The position numbers and the translations under genes were made by a program. Source: Eledone cirrhosa (Eukaryota). From it: a stretch of 64,000 nucleotides of DNA. Shown here one piece after another: positions 16,266-30,389 of this stretch (positions are counted from its first letter, which is position 1; each line of letters opens with the position of its first letter). The notes below the pieces were generated by a model. It ran no database searches. It saw only the letters and a list, made by a program, of their open reading frames with translations, and was not told the DNA's origin. Location of the stretch: assembly GCA_964016885.1 (NCBI GenBank), contig OZ024740.1, positions 181,102,001 through 181,166,000 on the forward strand, read 5' to 3'.

Positions 16266-16639
16266 AGAGTAAAATGAGAAGTTGACGATATTAGCCTCCT
16301 TTATTAATTTCGCCGTTATACATATGTCAATGATGATAGATGTCGTGATTTCTTCATAGATCAAACATTCATTAAAAGGTAACATTTCCGAGGCAATTTT
16401 GGGTGGAAGGGAGTGGACTAAAAAAATATGTATGTTTTGGCTTTGATGGGAGCGGGCACTCAAAGCAATAAAATACTCATTTCTTTAGTCCACTCCCTCC
16501 ACCCAAAATTCCTCGGAAATGTTAACTTTTAATCAATTTTTTGCTGTCTGAAGAAATCACGATATCTATCGACATTGAAATATGTACAACGGCTCAATAA
16601 ATAAAGAACCATAACATCTTCAACTTCGCATTTTCCTCT
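16266..16639. mobile_element. Diverged ~375-bp fold-back with decayed hammerheads in both arms
   Basis: Arms are symmetric about ~16452. Plus arm 16543..16593: gctgt CTGAAGA...GAAA tatgta CA acggc. Minus arm 16312..16360: ATGAAGA...GACA tatgta TA acggc. Confidence 0.75.
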
Positions 16640-16656
16640 GTATATATATATATATA

Positions 16657-17564
16657 CGATGTGTGTCAGAAAAGTTCCAGGACTGATGTCATAAAAGATT
16701 TATTTCAAACTCAAACTTCACACTCAGTGTTCTTTCCTTCAAAGTAATCCTCCTGGAGTATGTAACTCTAATCTTAGCTCTCTGCAGCGATCAAACTTTT
16801 TTCTTCATAATTTTATATACATGTCCTCTGTTTCATGTCATCAAGCAATGAGCACAGTGCAACGAACAAACTTGAAGTTTCTGGTACGGTTGGGGAAAAC
16901 TCCATCAGAAGCACTGGGATTGCTGCAGCAAGTGTATGGAGAGGAGACGATGCCACGCTCAAGTGTTTTTGAGTGGTTTAAAGAATGACGCGAGGACCTG
17001 GAAGATGACCCCAGGAGAGGAAGGCCCGCAACAACCAGGACTGAGGTCAACGTTGAGCGCGTCAGGCAGATGGTGCGTAGTGATCGTCGGCTGACTGTTC
17101 GACTGATGGCAAATGAGTTGGGCATGAATCGGTACAGCGTCTGCAAGATTCTCACTGAAGATTTGGACATGCGGAAAGTCTGCGCGAAGATGGTGCCAAA
17201 ACTGATGAACGATGACCAGAAGGGTCGACGCATCCAAGTGTGCCAGGACATCCTCGAGCGTCTTGAAACCGAACCAGATTTGCTAACGACAGTCATCACT
17301 GGTGATGAGTCATGGATCTTCGAGTACGACCAGGAGGGGACCCGTTTTGAAGACGTGGACGACATCAAAAAGGCCGTGACGACGGAACTACGGAGGATCC
17401 CGGAAGAATCCTTCCAGGAGTGCATGCAAGCGTGGCAGAAAAGGATGAAAAAGTGCATTAGACTCCAGAGGGATTACTTTGAAGGAGAAAACTCTTAGTG
17501 TGAAGTTTGGGTTTGAAATAAATCTTTTGTGACTTCAGTCCTGGAACTTTTCTGACACACCTCG
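16657..17564 (+). mobile_element. Tc1/mariner (mariner family) element, internally deleted, non-autonomous
   Basis: About 68-bp TIRs (cgatgtgtgtcagaaaagttccaggactga... / ...tcagtcctggaacttttctgacacacctcg), TA at both ends, 908 bp. Confidence 0.95.
16848..17498 (+). pseudogene. mariner transposase pseudogene
   Basis: MSTVQRTNLKFLVRLGKTPSEA...VYGEETMPRSSVFEWFKE* (HTH), then ...DRRLTVR...KMVPKL...ITGDESWIFEYD fused directly to the C-terminal GTRFEDV...W.KR.KKCI...YFE. Most of the catalytic domain is deleted. Confidence 0.93.
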
Positions 17565-17576
17565 TATATATATATA

Positions 17577-17684
<108 letters not shown>

Positions 17685-20600
17685 CGCGTGTGTATACATA
17701 TATACATACATATCCATGCATACATGCATACATATATACATTTATACATACATAAATATTACGCCATGTGTGTTTGTATATTTGCCTATCTGTCTTTGAC
17801 GCTTTAACATTCACACACACAAACACACAAATGCAATCACACATCAAATTTCACCTCATCACATTTCCTAACTTGTGTAATGCGTTGGCATATATCTGGT
17901 GTGTCCTTTTACGCGCATATGTGTATATGGCATTGCGGAAGCCGACGCATTTCATTAACATAAATCAAAATTATATATTGGATAATAAATAAACACGCAC
18001 ATTATAAGGAGGCACATCAGCAGATTGACCGGACAGATGAATTGAGAATGAAAATTGAAAAAGGCAATTGACAGGAGAGGAAATGTCGTACTTCCGAACA
18101 TCCTACAGTCTATCACTAATTCATCTTCTCATTGCTGTATCAAAACCACAAGAGGTTTCTTTTATATGAGTGATATAACATGAAATTGTGTTATTTGTAC
18201 ATCAAAATGATAATAAATGTGATTGAAAGAAAAAAGAAAATATTTTCAGGCTATATAATAAGTCAATAATTTTCGCATACATTGAAACACTTTTTTATGA
18301 ATAAGTTATCTTAAGAGATTCAGAACACTATAGCTTAATAGATAATATAACACAACTAGTATGCAATATACTCTATTTGTTATGTGTGTTACATTTCAGG
18401 CAAGACGAGTCCTAATAATTATAAGATACATTATGAATTGTTTATCTTTTTATTGTTATTCATTCATATTTTGATGACTATATTGCTTCCGGTCATATAT
18501 AATTGGAATTTCTAGAAAATCGTACGTCTTTCTGAAGAAGCCTTGTAACCGTTTTATGAGGAAATTTTATTAGTAATAAGTATTATGTAGACTACTCTCT
18601 CTTGCATAAGATTATGATTTCTTTGCATATAGAGTAAATTAGCTAGGTTCGTTTTCCGGCTGTACATATAGCAATTTTGCTGTTATTGTCTGTTCTTTGC
18701 AATAATATGAACATTTGAATACATTATTTCTCAATCAATCTCTAACATAGATGGATGAATCTGATGAGGGAACATCCTTGACGAAATTACATTTATTATA
18801 CGTGAACATGATATAGTTAAAAAGACTATTGAATTAAGTTTTAGTAAGCAATCGTGAAAATATTTATAAAATATTTTAGCAAGATTTTGGAGTTTTGTTA
18901 TTTGTGATCTTTTATTTGTGTATCATTCATCAGCTCACTTAGTTATCGAGTTTCTATATAACCATATCTGTTCTTACATATATGCTACCCAATCACACAA
19001 TTGTCAACATGATGACCACTTCAAGTTTTACACAATTTCATTTTCCTCCTGTCATTTCTATCAGTGCAAACTGGTTAAGTTTGCATAAACCCTAGTAATT
19101 TATTCGGCGTGTAATCTCTATTTTAATACTGTTAGACATGATGGATATTTGGCCGCTATTCTTTGGCAAGCCGAGAAAAAACTTCGAAATCTGACAGTTA
19201 TCTACGAACGCATACTTCTGTTTTCAATATTAAAATCATAATCGTTTAGACGGCTATAACTGATTTGTATTTGTGCATAATATGCGTCCACAATTAAGAA
19301 ATAATGTTGCAACACATTTCAAAATGTGTTCACCAATTCTCAAAAGCAACCTTGTTTCTAAATAAAAATCAAATTGTTTTCAATACTAGCTGCCACGGTG
19401 GTATGCTTGAGTATAGAGGATTATATTGAAACATCGTACACATTTATCTATCTTTACCCCTTGTTGTATTGATATCTAAACTAGTATATACCCGATGGTT
19501 CATAATACCATGTTATGAATAAATAATATCTGGCAGATTATAAGTACCTACGCAGTCAGTAAAATTGTAAACCTTAGCAGCCAAATCTCCATAAAGATTA
19601 ATTATCATTTTATTGGAGTAACGAATAAGCATACTGCATCATATAGTCCAAGATATATTGTATTATGTAGCCGTAGCATCTGATGAAGTTGCAGAGACGC
19701 TGTAGTGACGTACAACATGTCACAAATGTATAATTAATAAAACATGTCCTGTAATGCAACAAAGAAAGAAAGATAGGTAATAAATAATCGCCTACTTCAT
19801 GGTGACATAGCATCAATCGTTTGAATTGGAGTCTACTTTCTTATCAATTGTTGTTGAAATGACTGTTGCCTGTAAATAGTCTCCAAAGGGCTGGTTGCAT
19901 AGGGTGCATTTCTTCGCTGATGCTTCAACATCACTATTAGGTGTAATGTTTCTACTTTTAGCACAAGATCAACAATTACCATAGTGCATTACTGATGCTT
20001 TATTTTATCGAAACCGTAAGGATGAACGGTAAAGTTGAAATGGATGTTGTACGATCTTATGAGGTAAGGGACCATTACTAAATATTGCATGGACATTTGT
20101 CCAAGGCTAAAACATGAGGAAATGGACACGAAAATATTATATAAAAAAAGGTTTTGGAGAGAAGGATGTTATACAATGAAATTTCTAAACATTGATAAAT
20201 ATAAAATCAACACGGAAAATCTGTCATTACCATTTTCTTACCACTTTGTATAGTTTCCCACTTGGCTATGTGACCAGTTGATGAATGCTTAAGAGAAGCC
20301 TACTTGTCATAGTAATGAATACGTTTGTAATAAATGATCAGATTCAGGAATTTCTTTTTGCAGCACAGTGCCAAAACATCCCCACCAGAAACCCTCAAAT
20401 TCATGTCATGAATCAATATAATTACGTAGAAGCAGCATATGTAGAAGCTGGAAATATACAATTTATTACATTGTTAAAAATAGACAAGAAAGTATGCTTG
20501 TACATGTAACATACAATTGCGGCTTTGATACTATTGAATCGATGCCAGCATTATGAAATACCAACAGAAAAGTGATCGTGTAAGCATACACATAGACTTC

Positions 20601-23351
20601 AGCAAATATACCAGAATTACCCGGGGAGGGTAGTGTTAGTAAGTAACTAAGAGATAACCTCTGTGGTCAAATAATTTCCTTTATTAATACAAAATGCATC
20701 GTTTAAATTATGAAGTATTTTGTTAAATATTCTTCAAAGAAATCGTCACAAAAAAGCAATAGTGTGTGAGAAGAAATATGAGATTTTTTAACAACTGAAA
20801 TGTCTTAAAGTTTTATTCTCCCCAAGACTCTGCTGTATCCATATTAATAATTGTATACGATTTAAAATGTAACTTATTTTTAAGTAATCAAATCAATTAA
20901 ATACCTTCTTATATTATATTAGAAATTAAAAGTAAAAGATGATTGTCCACCTACATATAATCAGGCAGGTACTCACAGAGAGTTAGAGAAAGAGAGAGAG
21001 AGGCAGAGAGATAGAAATGTTTAGTTAGTTAGTTGGTTATTTAGATAGATGGATAGATAGATAGGTAAATAGATAGAGAGATAGATAGATAGAGGAATGG
21101 AGTGCGTAATTGATATGGGCATTTAGGTAATATCAGAGTTAAGTAGATAGTCTAAAGATAGAAATGTATATGTGAATGTAAATTGATAGAAAGATAACTA
21201 GATAGATACAGAGATAATTAGGCAATTAGATGTGTAGATTGATGTGGGGATGAACACATAAACAGGTAGGGAGTTTATAAAACTGATTATATGACTATGT
21301 AAAACGATATATGTTAAATTTAAGCTTGTTTGTCATTGTAAATGCAGAAATCAATGCGGTCTAAAATAGAGAACATATATTGTTCTAATGTTGATTATAG
21401 AGGGAAAGCATTATAATATAGAGAAAAGCAGTTGTTTTGATATATTCCACTATATAGGGAGCTCGTTAATATTAGGTAGATTTACCATGTGTTCTATAGA
21501 TAAGCAAACTCTTCCAGAATAAAAGTACAAAAATAACTGCGGATTATGTCAAATACGAAATCTGGTGGTATTTGCAGAATATCCAATTTGGAAATACACT
21601 GATTTACGTAGATTTTGTGAGAATTATATTTACTAATTCAGTTTCCGTTCTTTTTGTTATTGTTACACTTCTGTTTTTTCCTTTGTTTGAGAAGATGTAG
21701 GAGCACTAGTGACCTTTCAAGTGATTTTAAATAAAATGTAGGGATTAGAGAATTTGTTATTGTTGTTACTCTGATCTAGTTTGAGACATAAGGTTATGTA
21801 AAGCAATATATTATGCTGTATCCCAGCATTATTATGGATGTATGATGTATTAGTGTATTGTGTAATAGAATAAGAGACTCACTGGAGAGTTGGAATAAAA
21901 AATGTTGGACTTTTAGTCTGATCTGCTACACAGATCGACAGACTCACGTTTTGAAAATTCGTTTTCAGCCGTATATTTAAACATGTTAATTACCATAGCT
22001 GTACATGTATCCATATAAACAATGTTTGCACTAACATTAATTCATGACATTAATACGTAATTTTTGCCTTATTCCTTGTTATTTGTTACATGTATGACTA
22101 TTTATATCTCTGCTAAGTATCCACAGTCAATACAGAGAAAGTGAGACACAGTCGTTGATACACCGTTGAATAAATAGAGACAAGACGAAAACGGAAATGC
22201 AAGAAAGTTAAACGGGAAAAAGAAACTGAAGTAAATCGAACAGCAGTTCCCGGAAGCTGTATGGGTTTTCCTCGTTTCAAATACGTTGATGAACGAAGTA
22301 ACAGAGATTCACGCAAGCCAAGTAAACCTCCTAAAATTGGTTTAATATATATACACACACACACATATATATATATTTAATACATTAACAGAGAAAGCTT
22401 TAATTAATACTCCAGCCGGCTTCCGTTTCACTCAACAAACATTAGGATATACCTTAGTATAATCCCAATTATACGTTTGGGGTGCTAACTATACGTATTT
22501 TGTGGATAGCCACAGTTGTATTATTTTATATGAGACATAATTAAAATACATCTCTCTTTCCAAACGATCGTTTCATTATAAGTTTTCTACAAATTGGGAA
22601 AATAATGTCCAGGTTATGTAGAAGCCTAGACATAGTCCGTAGGAATATTCGTAGGTGGGCACTTATAAATCATCAGTGGATGCTCGACAAATATCGATAT
22701 AAAAAAAACCTTACCGATATTAATGTTCAGCGATGGTACCCCTCCGTGCTAGAATGACCGCCAAATTTGAAATATATATATATATATTCTTTTTTTGTTG
22801 TTGTTGCTTAGAACAAAATTATCATCGCATCAATATATATATATATATATTTCAATTAGTAAAGTGAATGGTCAGAAGGCAAGGATGGAGCTATAGTCGC
22901 AATACCAAATTTCTCTTTAAATATGTCTACTATTTAACAGAGAGAAGTTAAATGTGACGAATCACCTGGTGAACGTGACTACACCCGAATCTTAGAGCTC
23001 TCGTTTCGAGGATTCTATCTGCTCTTCGGGCTGGTGATTCAACAAAGAATACAGTGTTTATATATATACTATAATTAGTTTTAATCTATATTTATAATAT
23101 ATGTATTGATTGTGTTACTCATGTTTTCCAGAAAATGATCTTTATAAGGGAAGTTTGATAGGAAGTGAAGATACAAGCAATGGATTTAGATTCTCAACAA
23201 TATGGGACTCTGTTGAATATTTAATGATGAGGATAATGCAATATATATATATTGAATATTATATAACAGGTGACACACTAACGTTTGTGTTACCTTTAAT
23301 TTATTCTGAAATCTATCGTCCATTTTGCATTGGAGTAGCCTTCTTCTCCAT

Positions 23352-23352
<1 letters not shown>

Positions 23353-23424
<72 letters not shown>

Positions 23425-23466
23425 CACCACCACCACTACCACTACTACTACTACTACTACTACTAT

Positions 23467-23502
<36 letters not shown>

Positions 23503-23507
23503 GACTA
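23353..23507. repeat. (TAC)n/(CAC)n trinucleotide microsatellite
   Basis: Read directly from the sequence. Confidence 0.97.
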
Positions 23508-23526
23508 CTATATATGTATAATATAT

Positions 23527-26500
23527 ATATATTAGAAAGATCGAGTATCGAAAAATCGGCGCACGAGTTCACGAAAAACGAAATTCGATATGAGCGGCAG
23601 AGGGCTCAATAATTCAGATGAATCAGAGCTATAACTATCGTTAAAATACCGTCACATATAGAACAAGTCTACAATCAACCATACGATTTAAAATCGATAA
23701 AGGAAGATTCGGGCCAAACAGATAAAAAATATCAATAAAACAATACGTCAATAATTTAAATGAATGTAAAATCATACCCGGACCCACTAGAAAGGTGTTA
23801 AATCTAGCTTCATGGGTTTCTGTAAATCCTTAGACAGTACTCTATCAGCTCACATATAAATATAAAAGCCTACTAGAATAAGTGGAACGGAGTTTACGTT
23901 GTCAACGAGTTTTATCCTGGCGGCAAAGGAGTCAACTAGCGGTGAAAAACGCACATGGCATTAGACAAGGGAGATGACCCCTATATCCGCGAAAACAATT
24001 CGAGTGAATGTGGAAATACACATATCGAATTAGAGTGCTCAATAGACATGTTAAAATAAAACAAAAGCTATTCATCACTCAATAGAATCGACAAAAAATG
24101 AGCAATAAAATTAACTGGTGGATAGCTATGTCCAGAGCTAAATATATTAGAAAGATCGAGTATCGAAAAATCGGCGCACGAGTTCACGAAAAACGAAATT
24201 CGATATGAGCGGCAGAGGGCTCAATAATTCAGATGAATCAGAGCTATAACTATCGTTAAAATACCGTCACATATAGAACAAGTCTACAATCAACCATACG
24301 ATTTAAAATCGATAAAGGATGATTCGGGCCAAACAGATAAAAAATATCAATAAAACAATACGTCAATAATTTAAATGAATGTAAAATCATACCCGGACCC
24401 ACTAGAAAGGTGTTAAATCTAGCTTCATGGGTTTCTGTAAATCCTTAGACAGTACTCTATCAGCTCACATATAAATATAAAAGCCTACTAGAATAAGTGG
24501 AACGGAGTTTACGTTGTCAACGAGTTTTATCCTGGCGGCAAAGGAGTCAACTAGCGGTGAAAAACGCACATGGCATTAGACAAGGGAGATGACCCCTATA
24601 TCCGCGAAAACAATTCGAGTGAATGTGGAAATACACATATCGAATTAGAGTGCTCAATAGACATGTTAAAATAAAACAAAAGCTATTCATCACTCAATAG
24701 AATCGACAAAAAATGAGCAATAAAATTAACTGGTGGATAGCTATGTCCAGAGCTAAATATATTAGAAAGATCGAGTATCGAAAAATCGGCGCACGAGTTC
24801 ACGAAAAACGAAATTCGATATGAGCGGCAGAGGGCTCAATAATTCAGATGAATCAGAGCTATAACTATCGTTAAAATACCGTCACATATAGAACAAGTCT
24901 ACAATCAACCATACGATTTAAAATCGATAAAGGAAGATTCGGGCCAAACAGATAAAAAATATCAATAAAACAATACGTCAATAATTTAAATGAATGTAAA
25001 ATCATACCCGGACCCACTAGAAAGGTGTTAAATCTAGCTTCATGGGTTTCTGTAAATCCTTAGACAGTACTCTATCAGCTCACATATAAATATAAAAGCC
25101 TACTAGAATAAGTGGAACGGAGTTTACGTTGTCAACGAGTTTTATCCTGGCGGCAAAGGAGTCAACTAGCGGTGAAAAACGCACATGGCATTAGACAAGG
25201 GAGATGACCCCTATATCCGCGAAAACAATTCGAGTGAATGTGGAAATACACATATCGAATTAGAGTGCTCAATAGACATGTTAAAATAAAACAAAAGCTA
25301 TTCATCACTCAATAGAATCGACAAAAAATGAGCAATAAAATTAACTGGTGGATAGCTATGTCCAGAGCTAAATATATTAGAAAGATCGAGTATCGAAAAA
25401 TCGGCGCACGAGTTCACGAAAAACGAAATTCGATATGAGCGGCAGAGGGCTCAATAATTCAGATGAATCAGAGCTATAACTATCGTTAAAATACCGTCAC
25501 ATATAGAACAAGTCTACAATCAACCATACGATTTAAAATCGATAAAGGAAGATTCGGGCCAAACAGATAAAAAATATCAATAAAACAATACGTCAATAAT
25601 TTAAATGAATGTAAAATCATACCCGGACCCACTAGAAAGGTGTTAAATCTAGCTTCATGGGTTTCTGTAAATCCTTAGACAGTACTCTATCAGCTCACAT
25701 ATAAATATAAAAGCCTACTAGAATAAGTGGAACGGAGTTTACGTTGTCAACGAGTTTTATCCTGGCGGCAAAGGAGTCAACTAGCGGTGAAAAACGCACA
25801 TGGCATTAGACAAGGGAGATGACCCCTATATCCGCGAAAACAATTCGAGTGAATGTGGAAATACACATATCGAATTAGAGTGCTCAATAGACATGTTAAA
25901 ATAAAACAAAAGCTATTCATCACTCAATAGAATCGACAAAAAATGAGCAATAAAATTAACTGGTGGATAGCTATGTCCAGAGCTAAATATATTAGAAAGA
26001 TCGAGTATCGAAAAATCGGCGCACGAGTTCACGAAAAACGAAATTCGATATGAGCGGCAGAGGGCTCAATAATTCAGATGAATCAGAGCTATAACTATCG
26101 TTAAAATACCGTCACATATAGAACAAGTCTACAATCAACCATACGATTTAAAATCGATAAAGGAAGATTCGGGCCAAACAGATAAAAAATATCAATAAAA
26201 CAATACGTCAATAATTTAAATGAATGTAAAATCATACCCGGACCCACTAGAAAGGTGTTAAATCTAGCTTCATGGGTTTCTGTAAATCCTTAGACAGTAC
26301 TCTATCAGCTCACATATAAATATAAAAGCCTACTAGAATAAGTGGAACGGAGTTTACGTTGTCAACGAGTTTTATCCTGGCGGCAAAGGAGTCAACTAGC
26401 GGTGAAAAACGCACATGGCATTAGACAAGGGAGATGACCCCTATATCCGCGAAAACAATTCGAGTGAATGTGGAAATACACATATCGAATTAGAGTGCTC

Positions 26501-29500
26501 AATAGACATGTTAAAATAAAACAAAAGCTATTCATCACTCAATAGAATCGACAAAAAATGAGCAATAAAATTAACTGGTGGATAGCTATGTCCAGAGCTA
26601 AATATATTAGAAAGATCGAGTATCGAAAAATCGGCGCACGAGTTCACGAAAAACGAAATTCGATATGAGCGGCAGAGGGCTCAATAATTCAGATGAATCA
26701 GAGCTATAACTATCGTTAAAATACCGTCACATATAGAACAAGTCTACAATCAACCATACGATTTAAAATCGATAAAGGAAGATTCGGGCCAAACAGATAA
26801 AAAATATCAATAAAACAATACGTCAATAATTTAAATGAATGTAAAATCATACCCGGACCCACTAGAAAGGTGTTAAATCTAGCTTCATGGGTTTCTGTAA
26901 ATCCTTAGACAGTACTCTATCAGCTCACATATAAATATAAAAGCCTACTAGAATAAGTGGAACGGAGTTTACGTTGTCAACGAGTTTTATCCTGGCGGCA
27001 AAGGAGTCAACTAGCGGTGAAAAACGCACATGGCATTAGACAAGGGAGATGACCCCTATATCCGCGAAAACAATTCGAGTGAATGTGGAAATACACATAT
27101 CGAATTAGAGTGCTCAATAGACATGTTAAAATAAAACAAAAGCTATTCATCACTCAATAGAATCGACAAAAAATGAGCAATAAAATTAACTGGTGGATAG
27201 CTATGTCCAGAGCTAAATATATTAGAAAGATCGAGTATCGAAAAATCGGCGCACGAGTTCACGAAAAACGAAATTCGATATGAGCGGCAGAGGGCTCAAT
27301 AATTCAGATGAATCAGAGCTATAACTATCGTTAAAATACCGTCACATATAGAACAAGTCTACAATCAACCATACGATTTAAAATCGATAAAGGAAGATTC
27401 GGGCCAAACAGATAAAAAATATCAATAAAACAATACGTCAATAATTTAAATGAATGTAAAATCATACCCGGACCCACTAGAAAGGTGTTAAATCTAGCTT
27501 CATGGGTTTCTGTAAATCCTTAGACAGTACTCTATCAGCTCACATATAAATATAAAAGCCTACTAGAATAAGTGGAACGGAGTTTACGTTGTCAACGAGT
27601 TTTATCCTGGCGGCAAAGGAGTCAACTAGCGGTGAAAAACGCACATGGCATTAGACAAGGGAGATGACCCCTATATCCGCGAAAACAATTCGAGTGAATG
27701 TGGAAATACACATATCGAATTAGAGTGCTCAATAGACATGTTAAAATAAAACAAAAGCTATTCATCACTCAATAGAATCGACAAAAAATGAGCAATAAAA
27801 TTAACTGGTGGATAGCTATGTCCAGAGCTAAATATATTAGAAAGATCGAGTATCGAAAAATCGGCGCACGAGTTCACGAAAAACGAAATTCGATATGAGC
27901 GGCAGAGGGCTCAATAATTCAGATGAATCAGAGCTATAACTATCGTTAAAATACCGTCACATATAGAACAAGTCTACAATCAACCATACGATTTAAAATC
28001 GATAAAGGAAGATTCGGGCCAAACAGATAAAAAATATCAATAAAACAATACGTCAATAATTTAAATGAATGTAAAATCATACCCGGACCCACTAGAAAGG
28101 TGTTAAATCTAGCTTCATGGGTTTCTGTAAATCCTTAGACAGTACTCTATCAGCTCACATATAAATATAAAAGCCTACTAGAATAAGTGGAACGGAGTTT
28201 ACGTTGTCAACGAGTTTTATCCTGGCGGCAAAGGAGTCAACTAGCGGTGAAAAACGCACATGGCATTAGACAAGGGAGATGACCCCTATATCCGCGAAAA
28301 CAATTCGAGTGAATGTGGAAATACACATATCGAATTAGAGTGCTCAATAGACATGTTAAAATAAAACAAAAGCTATTCATCACTCAATAGAATCGACAAA
28401 AAATGAGCAATAAAATTAACTGGTGGATAGCTATGTCCAGAGCTAAATATATTAGAAAGATCGAGTATCGAAAAATCGGCGCACGAGTTCACGAAAAACG
28501 AAATTCGATATGAGCGGCAGAGGGCTCAATAATTCAGATGAATCAGAGCTATAACTATCGTTAAAATACCGTCACATATAGAACAAGTCTACAATCAACC
28601 ATACGATTTAAAATCGATAAAGGAAGATTCGGGCCAAACAGATAAAAAATATCAATAAAACAATACGTCAATAATTTAAATGAATGTAAAATCATACCCG
28701 GACCCACTAGAAAGGTGTTAAATCTAGCTTCATGGGTTTCTGTAAATCCTTAGACAGTACTCTATCAGCTCACATATAAATATAAAAGCCTACTAGAATA
28801 AGTGGAACGGAGTTTACGTTGTCAACGAGTTTTATCCTGGCGGCAAAGGAGTCAACTAGCGGTGAAAAACGCACATGGCATTAGACAAGGGAGATGACCC
28901 CTATATCCGCGAAAACAATTCGAGTGAATGTGGAAATACACATATCGAATTAGAGTGCTCAATAGACATGTTAAAATAAAACAAAAGCTATTCATCACTC
29001 AATAGAATCGACAAAAAATGAGCAATAAAATTAACTGGTGGATAGCTATGTCCAGAGCTAAATATATTAGAAAGATCGAGTATCGAAAAATCGGCGCACG
29101 AGTTCACGAAAAACGAAATTCGATATGAGCGGCAGAGGGCTCAATAATTCAGATGAATCAGAGCTATAACTATCGTTAAAATACCGTCACATATAGAACA
29201 AGTCTACAATCAACCATACGATTTAAAATCGATAAAGGAAGATTCGGGCCAAACAGATAAAAAATATCAATAAAACAATACGTCAATAATTTAAATGAAT
29301 GTAAAATCATACCCGGACCCACTAGAAAGGTGTTAAATCTAGCTTCATGGGTTTCTGTAAATCCTTAGACAGTACTCTATCAGCTCACATATAAATATAA
29401 AAGCCTACTAGAATAAGTGGAACGGAGTTTACGTTGTCAACGAGTTTTATCCTGGCGGCAAAGGAGTCAACTAGCGGTGAAAAACGCACATGGCATTAGA

Positions 29501-29663
29501 CAAGGGAGATGACCCCTATATCCGCGAAAACAATTCGAGTGAATGTGGAAATACACATATCGAATTAGAGTGCTCAATAGACATGTTAAAATAAAACAAA
29601 AGCTATTCATCACTCAATAGAATCGACAAAAAATGAGCCGCTGTTTAGCGGTTATAAAGGCTA
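23527..29663 (+). repeat. Tandem array of 10 x 615-bp units with a Helitron-like 3' terminus
   Basis: attagaaagatcgag recurs at 23531, 24146, 24761, 25376, 25991, 26606, 27221, 27836, 28451 and 29066. The last unit diverges at 29639 into the hairpin agccgct-gttt-agcggtt followed by ataaaggCTA|tata. Confidence 0.97.
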
Positions 29664-29760
29664 TATACAACCTGTTTTTGCTGTGAATTGGAGAAGCTGG
29701 ATTCTTATTGTATACAAATTATGCTGTTTAAATTCATTAATATTAAGAGTGGTTGTTCTG

Positions 29761-29791
<31 letters not shown>

Positions 29792-29792
29792 G

Positions 29793-29830
<38 letters not shown>

Positions 29831-29832
29831 TA

Positions 29833-29875
<43 letters not shown>

Positions 29876-29908
29876 TTATATATATATGGATATACATATA
29901 TGTATATA

Positions 29909-30091
29909 TAATTGTTTCTACGTTAGGCACAAGGCCAGCAATTACCCAGTGCATTACTGGTACTTTATTTTATCGACCCCGTAAGGATGAAAGGCAAAGT
30001 CAACCTTGGCGGGATTTGAACTCAGATCGTAAAGGTATGTAACTATGCTGGAAAGCATGGTGTCCGACCCTCTACCAATACTGCCAATTCA
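29909..30091 (-). mobile_element. tRNA-type SINE with Deu/Nin-like central domain
   Basis: Minus strand shows a B-box-like gagttcaaatcccgcc followed by gcctttcatccttacggggtcgataaaataaagtaccag. Many copies in the window. Confidence 0.8.
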
Positions 30092-30389
30092 ATGTATATA
30101 TAATAGTATGCTATCTGAAGGCTATACCATTGCAAAATTGACAATAGATTTCATAATGAATTAATGCCAACTAAAATGGTGATGCATCACCTGTTATTTA
30201 AATATCAGATATAATTGAAGTTGTAGTTGCTACTGAGCAGTCACTAATCGAAATATGTGTGGCAGTCACAAAGCATGCAATGGGGCTTATCTATCTTCTC
30301 TTCTAGCCAGTGTTTCAACAAAATATATAGACTATAATTAATTTTAATCTATATTATTAAATGTGTATTGATCATGTTACCTCTGTTTT

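Noticed and set aside
16841-17458. 205-aa minus-strand ORF
   Set aside because: Antisense shadow of the mariner transposase.
18525-18795. Two CTGANGA...GAAA pairs (~18531 and ~18761)
   Set aside because: Flanking stems do not pair adequately. Such pairs are expected by chance in AT-rich DNA.
22990-23035. Minus-strand CCGAAGA...cctcGAAAcg motif
   Set aside because: U4 is mutated and the UH cleavage site is missing. Possibly a dead HHR, but not supportable as a feature.
23527-29663. 615-bp array as a CRISPR array, retrozyme, 5S/snRNA cluster or coding repeat
   Set aside because: No repeat-spacer structure, no CUGANGA on either strand (only CAGATGA), no recognisable structural RNA and no long ORF. 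Other ribozyme classes were not excluded, and a full Rfam scan would settle this.
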